Program-made: the position numbers and the translations under genes
The notes under the pieces: generated by a model
Database searches by the model: none
What the model saw: only the letters and a program-made list of their open reading frames with translations
Told to the model about the DNA's origin: nothing
From: Candidatus Omnitrophota bacterium
GTDB taxonomy: Bacteria > Omnitrophota > Gorgyraeia > Gygaellales > Profunditerraquicolaceae
NCBI GenBank assembly: GCA_028710685.1
Contig: JAQTTQ010000001.1
Coordinates: 1,648 to 65,647, forward strand
DNA: 64,000 bases
Reading direction: 5' to 3'
Shown here: positions 16,296 through 25,014 of the stretch, piece after piece
Layout: every line of letters begins with the position of its first letter
Numbering within the stretch: position 1 is the first letter of the stretch

Positions 16296-18491
16296 ATGAG
16301 CATAAGGCAAAAAGCTTTATTTAAAGTTAAGAGTGTTGCGTTAGATAAGATAAATACCCCTAAAAAGGTTTCCGGGTATTTCGGTGAGAATACCTTCAGT
16401 TTAGATACCATGCGCAAACATATCTCCAAGGATACTTTTGAGGCCTTTAAGAGATGGATGTCGCAAGGCAGTACTATTACTTTAGGCCAGGCAAATGAAA
16501 TTGCCGAGGCGATGAAAGAGTGGGCTATGGCAAAGGGTGCTACTTATTACACTCATTGGTTTCAGCCTATGACCGGGCTAACCGCAGAAAAGCACGATAG
16601 CTTTATTTCTATGGTATCGCCTGGGAAGGTGATTGAGAAATTCTCAGGGAATAAGCTAATTCAGGGAGAGCCTGATGCCTCAAGCTTTCCTTCTGGCGGA
16701 ATTCGCGCTACTTTTGAGGCCCGCGGTTATACTGCTTGGGACCCTTCAAGCCCGGCCTTTATTATTGAAAGCGCCCTTGGGAAGACTCTTTGTATTCCCA
16801 GCATATTTATTTCTTATCACGGAGAGGCCTTAGATAAGAAGCTGCCGCTTTTACGTTCCGATGAAGCATTAAATAAAGCAGCAGTAGGCCTGTTAAAGAT
16901 CTTTGGGCGCAAGGATGTAAGGAAGGTATTCTCAACCTGCGGTCCGGAACAGGAGTATTTCTTAATTGATAAGCATTTTTATAATTTGCGGCAGGATTTA
17001 TTAATGGCAGGGAGGACCTTGATCGGGGCCCCTTCTCCGAAAGGGCAGCAGCTTGAAGACCAGTATTTTGGCACGATTAAGGAGCGGGTAGTTAATTTTA
17101 TGTTTGAATTGGCCCAGGAGGCTTATAAATTAGGAATTCCTATAATGACCCGGCATAATGAAGTTGCTCCTCATCAGTATGAGTTCGCTCCTATTTTTGA
17201 AGAGTCTAATATAGCTGCGGACCATAACCAGCTTTTAATGGAATTAATGAAGAAGGTTGCTTTAAGGCATGATATGGTATGCCTTTTGCATGAAAAGCCT
17301 TTTGCCGGCATAAACGGAAGCGGCAAGCACCTTAACTGGTCTTTGTCCGATGATAATGGCAATAACCTCCTTAACCCGGGAGAGACGCCTGAAGACAACC
17401 TGCAGTTTTTAACTATCTTAGCTGCGGTTTTGCGTGCGGTGTATCTTCATGCCGATCTTTTGCGCGCCTCCATTGCTATGGCAGGCAATGAACATCGTTT
17501 GGGGGCAAATGAAGCTCCTCCGGCTATTATCAGCGTATTCTTAGGAGAGCAGCTTACTGAAGTATTGGATATGCTGGAAAATGGGGTTAAGGCGAAGTTC
17601 TCCAAGCGCGATATCATTGACCTGGGGATTGCGCGCCTTCCTAAATTCAATAAGGATAGTACGGATAGAAACCGCACCTCTCCCTTTGCCTTTACCGGAG
17701 CAAAATTTGAGTTTCGCGCAGTAGGTTCATCCCAGAACATTTCAACCCCGATTACTATTATAAACACTATTATTGCCGAAAGCCTTGATTTTGTTGCTAG
17801 CGAGCTTAAAAGAGCTGTCAATTCGGGAAAGGATTTTAACTCTGCGGTACTTAAGGTCGTTAGTTCAGTCATAAAGGAGACAAAGAAGATCCGTTTTGAA
17901 GGTAATAATTATTCTAAGGAATGGCTGAATGAGGCGAAGAAGAGAGGGCTTCCTAATATAGCCTCTACCTATGAATCGCTTAAGGCGTTAAAGAAGGAGG
18001 GTAATGTCGGTCTTTTTGAGAAGTATAAGGTTTTTTCCAAGGAGGAGCTTATTGCCCGTTATCACATATGGATCCATATGTATAATTTGACCCTTGAAAT
18101 TGAGGCAAATACTTTAGGCGAAATGGTTAATGCCTCGGTTGTCCCCGCAGGGTATGAATACGAGAAGCTTCTTGCCAGGACCCTTGATGAGATAGTAAGG
18201 CTTAAGAAATCAGCCGGGTTAAAGATCGATGCTAACGCATTGAAAGATAAGAAGGAGCATCTGAGTGAAATAGTGAACAAGATTTATTATGTAAGGCATA
18301 ATACAGCCACAATGGGTTGCTTGCTTGAGAAGGCGTGCGCCCTGAGCAGTGAAAAAAGGGCTGAGGTTTATTTTAAGAACTTAAAGCCTTTAATGGAACA
18401 TATCAGAAAGCACGTAGACCAGCTGGAGTCTGTCGTCTCTGATGATGCCTGGGATCTGCCCAAGTACCGCGAGATGCTTTTTATTAAATAA
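16296..18491 (+). CDS. glnN: glutamine synthetase type III
   Basis: About 730 aa with the GSIII-specific N-terminal region and a catalytic core including NGSGKHLNWSL. The ATG at 16296 has a GGGAGG RBS. Confidence 0.85.
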   Translation: MSIRQKALFKVKSVALDKINTPKKVSGYFGENTFSLDTMRKHISKDTFEAFKRWMSQGSTITLGQANEIAEAMKEWAMAKGATYYTHWFQPMTGLTAEKHDSFISMVSPGKVIEKFSGNKLIQGEPDASSFPSGGIRATFEARGYTAWDPSSPAFIIESALGKTLCIPSIFISYHGEALDKKLPLLRSDEALNKAAVGLLKIFGRKDVRKVFSTCGPEQEYFLIDKHFYNLRQDLLMAGRTLIGAPSPKGQQLEDQYFGTIKERVVNFMFELAQEAYKLGIPIMTRHNEVAPHQYEFAPIFEESNIAADHNQLLMELMKKVALRHDMVCLLHEKPFAGINGSGKHLNWSLSDDNGNNLLNPGETPEDNLQFLTILAAVLRAVYLHADLLRASIAMAGNEHRLGANEAPPAIISVFLGEQLTEVLDMLENGVKAKFSKRDIIDLGIARLPKFNKDSTDRNRTSPFAFTGAKFEFRAVGSSQNISTPITIINTIIAESLDFVASELKRAVNSGKDFNSAVLKVVSSVIKETKKIRFEGNNYSKEWLNEAKKRGLPNIASTYESLKALKKEGNVGLFEKYKVFSKEELIARYHIWIHMYNLTLEIEANTLGEMVNASVVPAGYEYEKLLARTLDEIVRLKKSAGLKIDANALKDKKEHLSEIVNKIYYVRHNTATMGCLLEKACALSSEKRAEVYFKNLKPLMEHIRKHVDQLESVVSDDAWDLPKYREMLFIK

Positions 18492-18494
18492 TCT

Positions 18495-18618
18495 TGTTAC
18501 CAAGCCTAGGGCTTGTTTACTTGTATATGTAGAAGGCACATAGTAGTGTAATAGTACCAGAAAGAACGAAGGCGTTCATGATAGCTGATAAATAAGCTAA
18601 AGTGAACGTCTTTTTTTT
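18495..18618 (+). promoter_or_regulatory. fis-gltBD leader (element B): paralogous copy of the amt leader with hexaloop hairpin and terminator
   Basis: AAGCCTAGGGCTT hairpin plus Ts at 18503-18518. Hairpin (G)CAC-AUAGUA-GUG(U) at 18536-18549. Alternative hairpin GAACG-AAGG-CGTTC at 18564-18577. A 9-bp terminator stem GGCGTTCAT/GTGAACGTC followed by T8, at 18571-18618. Confidence 0.55.
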
Positions 18619-18648
18619 GGTTAAGCGGTGATTAAAATTTAGGCAGAC

Positions 18649-19026
18649 ATGATAACTATCCTAATATCTGAAGATGAAATAAGGGCCAAAGAGGCCCTCG
18701 CTAGGATGTTCGCCCAGGAGGGATATGAACTTTCAGAATCCTGCCTTACGGGCAATGTCATAAGGGTAGTGAAGAAGGGCTGCATCCGCGACCTTGCCTT
18801 TATAGGCGATAGTGCAATTGAGATACAGGATTCATTTCTTAGCGGCCGGGGGGCATTGTATAAATCGGTAGTTGAAGAAATAGAAAAGCCTTTAATCGAA
18901 CATACCCTTGAGAGTACCCAGGGCAATCAGATAAAGGCGGCAAAGGTTTTAGGGCTAAACCGTAATACCTTACGTACCAAGATAAGAAAGCTAGGAATTA
19001 ATGTTAGAAAATGGAAAATTATATGA
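18649..19026 (+). CDS. Fis-family DNA-binding protein
   Basis: The C-terminal segment LYKSVVEEIEKPLIEHTLESTQGNQIKAAKVLGLNRNTLRTKIRKLGI matches the Fis/NtrC C-terminal HTH. The N-terminus resembles a vestigial receiver start (ITILISEDEIRAKEALARM). Confidence 0.65.
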   Translation: MITILISEDEIRAKEALARMFAQEGYELSESCLTGNVIRVVKKGCIRDLAFIGDSAIEIQDSFLSGRGALYKSVVEEIEKPLIEHTLESTQGNQIKAAKVLGLNRNTLRTKIRKLGINVRKWKII

Positions 19027-22000
19027 AAAACGATAATGGTTTTCCTCTTGCCCAGGGATTATATGACCCTCGCCTCGAGCATGATTCCTGCGGCGTAGGT
19101 TTTGTTTGCGATATCCTTGGCAGGAAATCTAACGGTATCCTCAGGCAGGGAATCAGCGTATTAAACAGGCTTGCTCATCGCGGGGCGGTAGGGGCAGATC
19201 CTAAGACCGGGGATGGTGCAGGTATTTTAATCCAGATCCCTCATGAGTTTTTCGCTAAGGTTGCCCAAGATAAAGGTATTGCCTTGCCTGATCCGGGGTT
19301 TTATGCAAGCGGATTGGTATTCTTGCCTCAGAATAAGGAAGAGCGTCAATTCTGCAAAGATTATTTTGAAGAAGCCATAAATGAGCACGGGCAGTCTTTG
19401 CTTGGTTGGCGGGTTGTGCCTACCGATAGTTCTGATATCGGAGAGGGCGCAAAATCCACCCAGCCGGTTTTTGAACAGGTTTTTATCGCCAGGGGTAAGG
19501 AGATTAAAAGCCAATTAGATTTTGAAAGAAGGCTGTATATAATCCGCAGGAGAATAGAAAATATTGTCCGCTCCTCCAAATTAAAACAAAAGAGCTCATT
19601 TTATATCACCAATATCTCAAGCCGGACTTTTTCTTATAAGGGCCTGCTTATGCCGGGGCAGCTGGATAGTTTCTTTATTGATTTGAAGGACAATAGCTTA
19701 AAAAGTGCATTGTGCCTTGTGCATTCCAGGTATTCGACAAACACCTTTCCTACCTGGGATTTAGCGCAGCCATTTAGGTTTCTGGCGCATAACGGAGAAA
19801 TCAATACCATCCGCGGTAATATTAACGGGGTTAGCGCTAGGGAGCGCCTTTTAGCAAGCGAATTTTTCGGCCTGGATATAGAGAAGTTAAAGCCGATAAT
19901 TGTGGAGGGCGGCAGCGATTCCGCAGCGATAGATAATTTTTTTGAATTGCTCGTTTTATCCGGAAGGCCCATTGATCATGTAATGATGATGCTTATCCCC
20001 TCTGCCTGGGAACACGATAAACTCATGAAGAAAGAGTTAAGGGACTTTTATAAATACCACGCCTGTTTTATGGAGCCTTGGGATGGCCCGGCAGCGGTTG
20101 CTTTTACCGATGGGGATAATATAGCGGCAGCCTTGGATAGAAACGGCTTGAGGCCGGCACGTTATATTATTACAAACGATAATCTATGCGTAATGGCCTC
20201 TGAGGTCGGGGTCCTGGATATCGCGCCTAAGGATATCAAGGTTTCCGGCAGGCTTGAACCGGGGAAGATTTTCTTTATAGATACAAAAGCCGGGCGTGTA
20301 ATTAACGACGCAAAGATTAAAGAGGAAATATCTCAGCATAATCCTTATGGTTATTGGCTTTCAAAGAACCTGGTGGATTTAGATAAGTTATCCGGCTCAG
20401 GTTTGCCGCTGAAACACAAGTCCGAGGATTTAATCGCAGCCTTAAAAAGCTTTGGTTATTCGCGCGAAGACCTGAAATTAATTATCCGGCCTATGGCCGA
20501 GGAAGGCAAGGAGCCTGTGGGGTCTATGGGGAATGATACCCCTCATGCCTTCTTGTCCGATAAGCCTCAACTTTTGTATAATTATTTTAAACAGCTTTTT
20601 GCGCAGGTCACTAACCCGGCAATTGATTCCATAAGGGAAAAGCTGGTTATGAGCCTGGAAAGCTTTATCGGACCGGAGAAGAATTTGTTGGAAGAAACCC
20701 CAAAACACAGCCATAAATTAAGGGTTAATAACCCTATTCTTTCGGATGAGGAATTATCCAGGATCAGGGATATAGGCGTAAATAACTTTAAGACCAAGAC
20801 AATATATACTTTCTTTGATGCCGGGAATAAGGAAGATGGTTTCAGGATGGCCCTGGAAAGGATATGTTTTGAAGCAGAATACGCTATAGAGCAGGGGTAT
20901 TCCTTTATCATATTAAGCGACAGGGGGGCGGATAGGGATGGCATTGCCCTGCCGGCACTTTTAGCCACAAGTGCGATACATCACTATTTAGTCAAGAAAA
21001 CTATACGTTCGCAGGTTGCTTTAATAGTGGAGAGTGCGGAGCCCAGGGAGGTGCATCATTTTGCGCTTCTTTTTGGTTATGGCGCTGATTGTATCAATCC
21101 CTATCTTGCCTATAGGGCAGTTGAATATCTTATCGAACAAAAAGAATTAAAAACAGATATCAAGACTGCGCTTAAAAATTATAATAAGGCGGTAACCGAT
21201 GGGATACTAAAAATACTATCCAAAATGGGTATTTCTACCCTTAGAAGTTACCGCGGAGCACAAATTTTTGAGGCCTTAGGCTTAAGCCAGGATTTAGTTG
21301 ACCGGTATTTTACAGGTACTGTTTCAAGGATCGGCGGAGTCAATTTAAGCGGGATTGCCCTGGAAACTATTCTACGCCACAGGCAGGCTTATTCTGCGCG
21401 CAACCCCCAGAACGTTTGTTTACCAAGCGGAGGGGTATACCAATGGAAGGCAGACGGAGAATTTCATCTGTGGAATCCTATGAGTATTGCAGCCTTGCAG
21501 GCTGCTGCGAGGGAAAATAACCCGGTTAAATACGCTGAGTTTGCAAAACTGATTAATGATCAATCGGATAACCCGACTACCTTAAGAAGTTTATTCAGAT
21601 TTAAGGCGGCAGAAAAAGTTCCGCTTGATGAAGTGGAGCCGGTAAGCGCTATAATGAAACGTTTTGTAACCGGCGCAATGAGTTTTGGCTCCATAAGTGC
21701 TCCGGCCCATGAAACTATAGCTATCGCCATGAACAGGATCGGCGGAAAGTCTAATACCGGAGAGGGAGGAGAGGACCCCAATAGGTTTATAGCCTTGCCT
21801 AACGGTGACTCGCGAAGGTCGGCTATTAAGCAGGTGGCATCAGGAAGATTCGGGGTAACTATAAATTACCTTATTAATGCCGATGAGATACAGATTAAGA
21901 TTGCCCAGGGCGCTAAACCGGGAGAGGGAGGGCAGTTGCCCGGGCATAAGGTAAGCGGGGTAATCGCCAGGATACGTTATACTACTGCCGGGGTAACCTT

Positions 22001-23561
22001 AATATCCCCTCCTCCTCATCATGACATCTATTCGATTGAAGACTTAGCGCAGCTTATTTTTGACTTAAAGAATGCAAATCCTAAGGCGCGCATCAGCGTA
22101 AAGCTTGTCTCGGAAATGGGTGTGGGTACTGTGGCTGCTGGTGTGGCCAAGGGGCATGCAGATATGATTTTAATCTCCGCAGGAGACGGTGGCACAGGGG
22201 CCTCGCCTTTAAGTTCTATTAAATATGCGGGCCTTCCCTGGGAGCTGGGTTTATCCGAGACGCATCAGACATTGCTTCTGAATAATCTGCGCTCAAGGGT
22301 TCGTATACAGGCTGATGGCCAGATGCGTACCGGGCGGGATGTGGTTATCGCGACTTTATTGGGAGCGGAGGAATTCGGTTTTTGTTCTGCCGTATTGGTA
22401 GTAGTCGGGTGTGTAATGCTTAGGCATTGCCACTTGAATAATTGTTCCCTGGGGGTGGCTACGCAGGATGATATTCTGCAAAAAAGATTTAAGGGCAGGC
22501 CGGAGTATATAGTTAATTATTTCAATTTTGTTGCCCAGGAGATAAGAGAGATTATGAGCAGCCTTGGGATAAGGAATATGGATGAAATGGTCGGACGCTC
22601 CGATCTTCTTGAAGTAGACAAAGATAGAGTCCCCTTAAAGGCTAAAAATTTGGATTATTCCCGTATACTCTACCGTCCTTTGCTAGCTGACGGGACAGCA
22701 AGGCATTTTCAGCCTAAAAAGAATAACAGCTTAGGGCCGGTGTTAGATAACAAGCTGATTAAAGAATGTTCTGTTTCTATTAGAGAGAACAAGCCGATAG
22801 TAGTAACTAGCGGGATAAATAATGCAGATCGTTCTGTAGGCGCGATGTTAAGCGGGGAAGTATGCCGCGTCTGCGGGGATGGGGTACTTCTTGAGGATAC
22901 TCTAAGATGCCGATTTCGCGGGATAGCCGGACAGAGTTTCGGGGCTTTCTTGGCTAAGGGGATAACATTTGAGCTCGAGGGGATGAGTAACGATTATGTA
23001 GGTAAGAGTATATCCGGAGGAAAAATAATAATCTATCCTGATCGCAGCTCTTCTTTTAATCCCCATGAGAATATTATTATTGGTAATACCAGTTTCTACG
23101 GGGCAATATCAGGGGAGGCTTATATAAGCGGTTTGGCAGGGGAGCGGTTCTGCATCAGGAATTCCGGCTTATATGCGGTTGTGGAAGGAGTGGGAGATCA
23201 TGGCTGTGAATATATGACCGGGGGAAGGGTTATAATACTGGGAAGAACCGGAAGAAACTTTGCCGCAGGTATGTCCGGGGGCATAGCCTATGTTTACGAT
23301 CAGGATGGCAGCTTTAAAGATAGATGCAATATGGATATGGTGGCGCTGGATAGGATAAAGGGCGATGATTTAGATACCATATATCATCTTTTGCATAATC
23401 ATTTAAAATATGCCAAAAGCAAGAAGGCAAAGTCGATACTTGAGAATATCCACGATGAGCTTAAGTATTTTATCAAGGTAATACCTATAGAATACAAAAG
23501 AATACTTGAGGGTATTAAGATTGAGCAAAAGCTCGATTTAATGGAGAGATCTGATGGGTGA
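19011..23561 (+). CDS. gltB: glutamate synthase large subunit
   Basis: 1516 aa with the Ntn amidotransferase start (...CGVGF), FMN/Fe-S central domains and the C-terminal GXXDGG repeat domain. An alternative ATG at 19023 overlaps the fis stop. Confidence 0.9.
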   Translation: MENYMKNDNGFPLAQGLYDPRLEHDSCGVGFVCDILGRKSNGILRQGISVLNRLAHRGAVGADPKTGDGAGILIQIPHEFFAKVAQDKGIALPDPGFYASGLVFLPQNKEERQFCKDYFEEAINEHGQSLLGWRVVPTDSSDIGEGAKSTQPVFEQVFIARGKEIKSQLDFERRLYIIRRRIENIVRSSKLKQKSSFYITNISSRTFSYKGLLMPGQLDSFFIDLKDNSLKSALCLVHSRYSTNTFPTWDLAQPFRFLAHNGEINTIRGNINGVSARERLLASEFFGLDIEKLKPIIVEGGSDSAAIDNFFELLVLSGRPIDHVMMMLIPSAWEHDKLMKKELRDFYKYHACFMEPWDGPAAVAFTDGDNIAAALDRNGLRPARYIITNDNLCVMASEVGVLDIAPKDIKVSGRLEPGKIFFIDTKAGRVINDAKIKEEISQHNPYGYWLSKNLVDLDKLSGSGLPLKHKSEDLIAALKSFGYSREDLKLIIRPMAEEGKEPVGSMGNDTPHAFLSDKPQLLYNYFKQLFAQVTNPAIDSIREKLVMSLESFIGPEKNLLEETPKHSHKLRVNNPILSDEELSRIRDIGVNNFKTKTIYTFFDAGNKEDGFRMALERICFEAEYAIEQGYSFIILSDRGADRDGIALPALLATSAIHHYLVKKTIRSQVALIVESAEPREVHHFALLFGYGADCINPYLAYRAVEYLIEQKELKTDIKTALKNYNKAVTDGILKILSKMGISTLRSYRGAQIFEALGLSQDLVDRYFTGTVSRIGGVNLSGIALETILRHRQAYSARNPQNVCLPSGGVYQWKADGEFHLWNPMSIAALQAAARENNPVKYAEFAKLINDQSDNPTTLRSLFRFKAAEKVPLDEVEPVSAIMKRFVTGAMSFGSISAPAHETIAIAMNRIGGKSNTGEGGEDPNRFIALPNGDSRRSAIKQVASGRFGVTINYLINADEIQIKIAQGAKPGEGGQLPGHKVSGVIARIRYTTAGVTLISPPPHHDIYSIEDLAQLIFDLKNANPKARISVKLVSEMGVGTVAAGVAKGHADMILISAGDGGTGASPLSSIKYAGLPWELGLSETHQTLLLNNLRSRVRIQADGQMRTGRDVVIATLLGAEEFGFCSAVLVVVGCVMLRHCHLNNCSLGVATQDDILQKRFKGRPEYIVNYFNFVAQEIREIMSSLGIRNMDEMVGRSDLLEVDKDRVPLKAKNLDYSRILYRPLLADGTARHFQPKKNNSLGPVLDNKLIKECSVSIRENKPIVVTSGINNADRSVGAMLSGEVCRVCGDGVLLEDTLRCRFRGIAGQSFGAFLAKGITFELEGMSNDYVGKSISGGKIIIYPDRSSSFNPHENIIIGNTSFYGAISGEAYISGLAGERFCIRNSGLYAVVEGVGDHGCEYMTGGRVIILGRTGRNFAAGMSGGIAYVYDQDGSFKDRCNMDMVALDRIKGDDLDTIYHLLHNHLKYAKSKKAKSILENIHDELKYFIKVIPIEYKRILEGIKIEQKLDLMERSDG

Positions 23562-24999
23562 TTTAAGGGGGTTCTTAAAATTAGCCAGGCAGGATAATTC
23601 TTATAGGGATGTCTGCCAGAGGGTAGAGGATTACAGGGATGTGGTTAAGCCCCGTAAGGATATCAAGGCAAAAGAGCAGGCTTCGCGCTGCATGGATTGC
23701 GGGACTCCCTTTTGCCATTTTAAATGTCCGCTGGGTAATTACATACCCGAGTGGAATGATTTTATGTTTCGGGGGAATTGGGAAGAGGCAGTGAAGTTAC
23801 TGGAGGCAGCCAACAGCCTTGCGGAGATTACCGGGCGGGTTTGCCCGGCTTTATGCGAATACGCCTGTGTTTTAGGCCTTAACGATGATCCGGTAACTAT
23901 CCGTGATAACGAGTTATCTGTAGTGGAATACGGTTTTAATAATGGTTTGATTAAGCCGGTCAAAATCAGCCAAAGAACCGGGAAAAAGGTTGCGGTGGTT
24001 GGTTCCGGACCGGCAGGACTATCATGCGCATCCCTTCTTAATAAGGCAGGGCATACGGTCACTGTTTTTGAGCGCGATAGTGAACTTGGGGGGATTCTCC
24101 GTTTTGGCATTCCGGATTTTAAACTTGAGAAAGGTATTTTGGACAGGCGTATCGGCTTATGGAATAAAGAGGGGGTTATTTTCAAGGTTAATACAGATGT
24201 GGGCAGCGATTATCCGGTGGCTAAATTAATTGAAGGTTTTGACGCGATTTGCCTGGCAGGGGGATCGCGAATCCCCCGGGATTTAAATATTGAAGGCCGC
24301 AATTTAAAAGGAATATATTTTGCGATGGATTACCTTAAGCAGTCTAACCTTCGCGTATCCGGCAAGAAAATCCCGGCAGAAGAGTTAATCGATGCCAGGG
24401 GAAAGAGTGTTGTGGTTATAGGCGGGGGAGATACCGGATCGGATTGCGTAGGTATTGCGCATCGCCAGAAAGCCGGCTGTGTTGTGCAGATTGAAGTTTT
24501 ACCCCGGCCTCCCGAATGCCGCACAGAAGACCAGCCTTGGCCTAATTATCCGCTTCTTTTAAGAAACTCTAGCAGCCATGAAGAAGGCGGAGAGCGCTAT
24601 TGGTCGGTATTGACAAAGAAATTTGTAGGCGAAAAAGGCAGGGTAAATAAATTATCTTGCGTTAAAGTTGAGTTGATCCCTCAACCGGGTAATCCCTGCC
24701 TAATAAGTAAAGAAATACCCGGGAGTGAATTCTATATCAAGGCGGATTTAGTAATAATTGCGGCAGGGTTTCTGCATCCGCAGCATACGGGGTTGCTTAA
24801 AGAATTAAATATAGGCTTTGATCAGAAGGGTAATGTTTTTACTCAAGACAATTATGCTACCTCAGTAGATAAGATATTTTGTGCAGGCGATATGCGCCGC
24901 GGGCAATCTTTGGTTGTCTGGGCTATTTCAGAAGGTAGGCGCTGTGCCTATGCGATAGATAAGTTTCTTATGGGAGAGAGCAGTTTGGCTCAAATTTAA
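23554..24999 (+). CDS. gltD: glutamate synthase small subunit (NADPH)
   Basis: N-terminal Cys clusters (CMDCGTPFCHFKCP), the FAD/NAD Rossmann segment VAVVGSGPAGLSCAS, and an 8-nt overlap with gltB. Confidence 0.9.
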   Translation: MGDLRGFLKLARQDNSYRDVCQRVEDYRDVVKPRKDIKAKEQASRCMDCGTPFCHFKCPLGNYIPEWNDFMFRGNWEEAVKLLEAANSLAEITGRVCPALCEYACVLGLNDDPVTIRDNELSVVEYGFNNGLIKPVKISQRTGKKVAVVGSGPAGLSCASLLNKAGHTVTVFERDSELGGILRFGIPDFKLEKGILDRRIGLWNKEGVIFKVNTDVGSDYPVAKLIEGFDAICLAGGSRIPRDLNIEGRNLKGIYFAMDYLKQSNLRVSGKKIPAEELIDARGKSVVVIGGGDTGSDCVGIAHRQKAGCVVQIEVLPRPPECRTEDQPWPNYPLLLRNSSSHEEGGERYWSVLTKKFVGEKGRVNKLSCVKVELIPQPGNPCLISKEIPGSEFYIKADLVIIAAGFLHPQHTGLLKELNIGFDQKGNVFTQDNYATSVDKIFCAGDMRRGQSLVVWAISEGRRCAYAIDKFLMGESSLAQI

Positions 25000-25014
25000 A
25001 GAGGAGCGTTTAAT

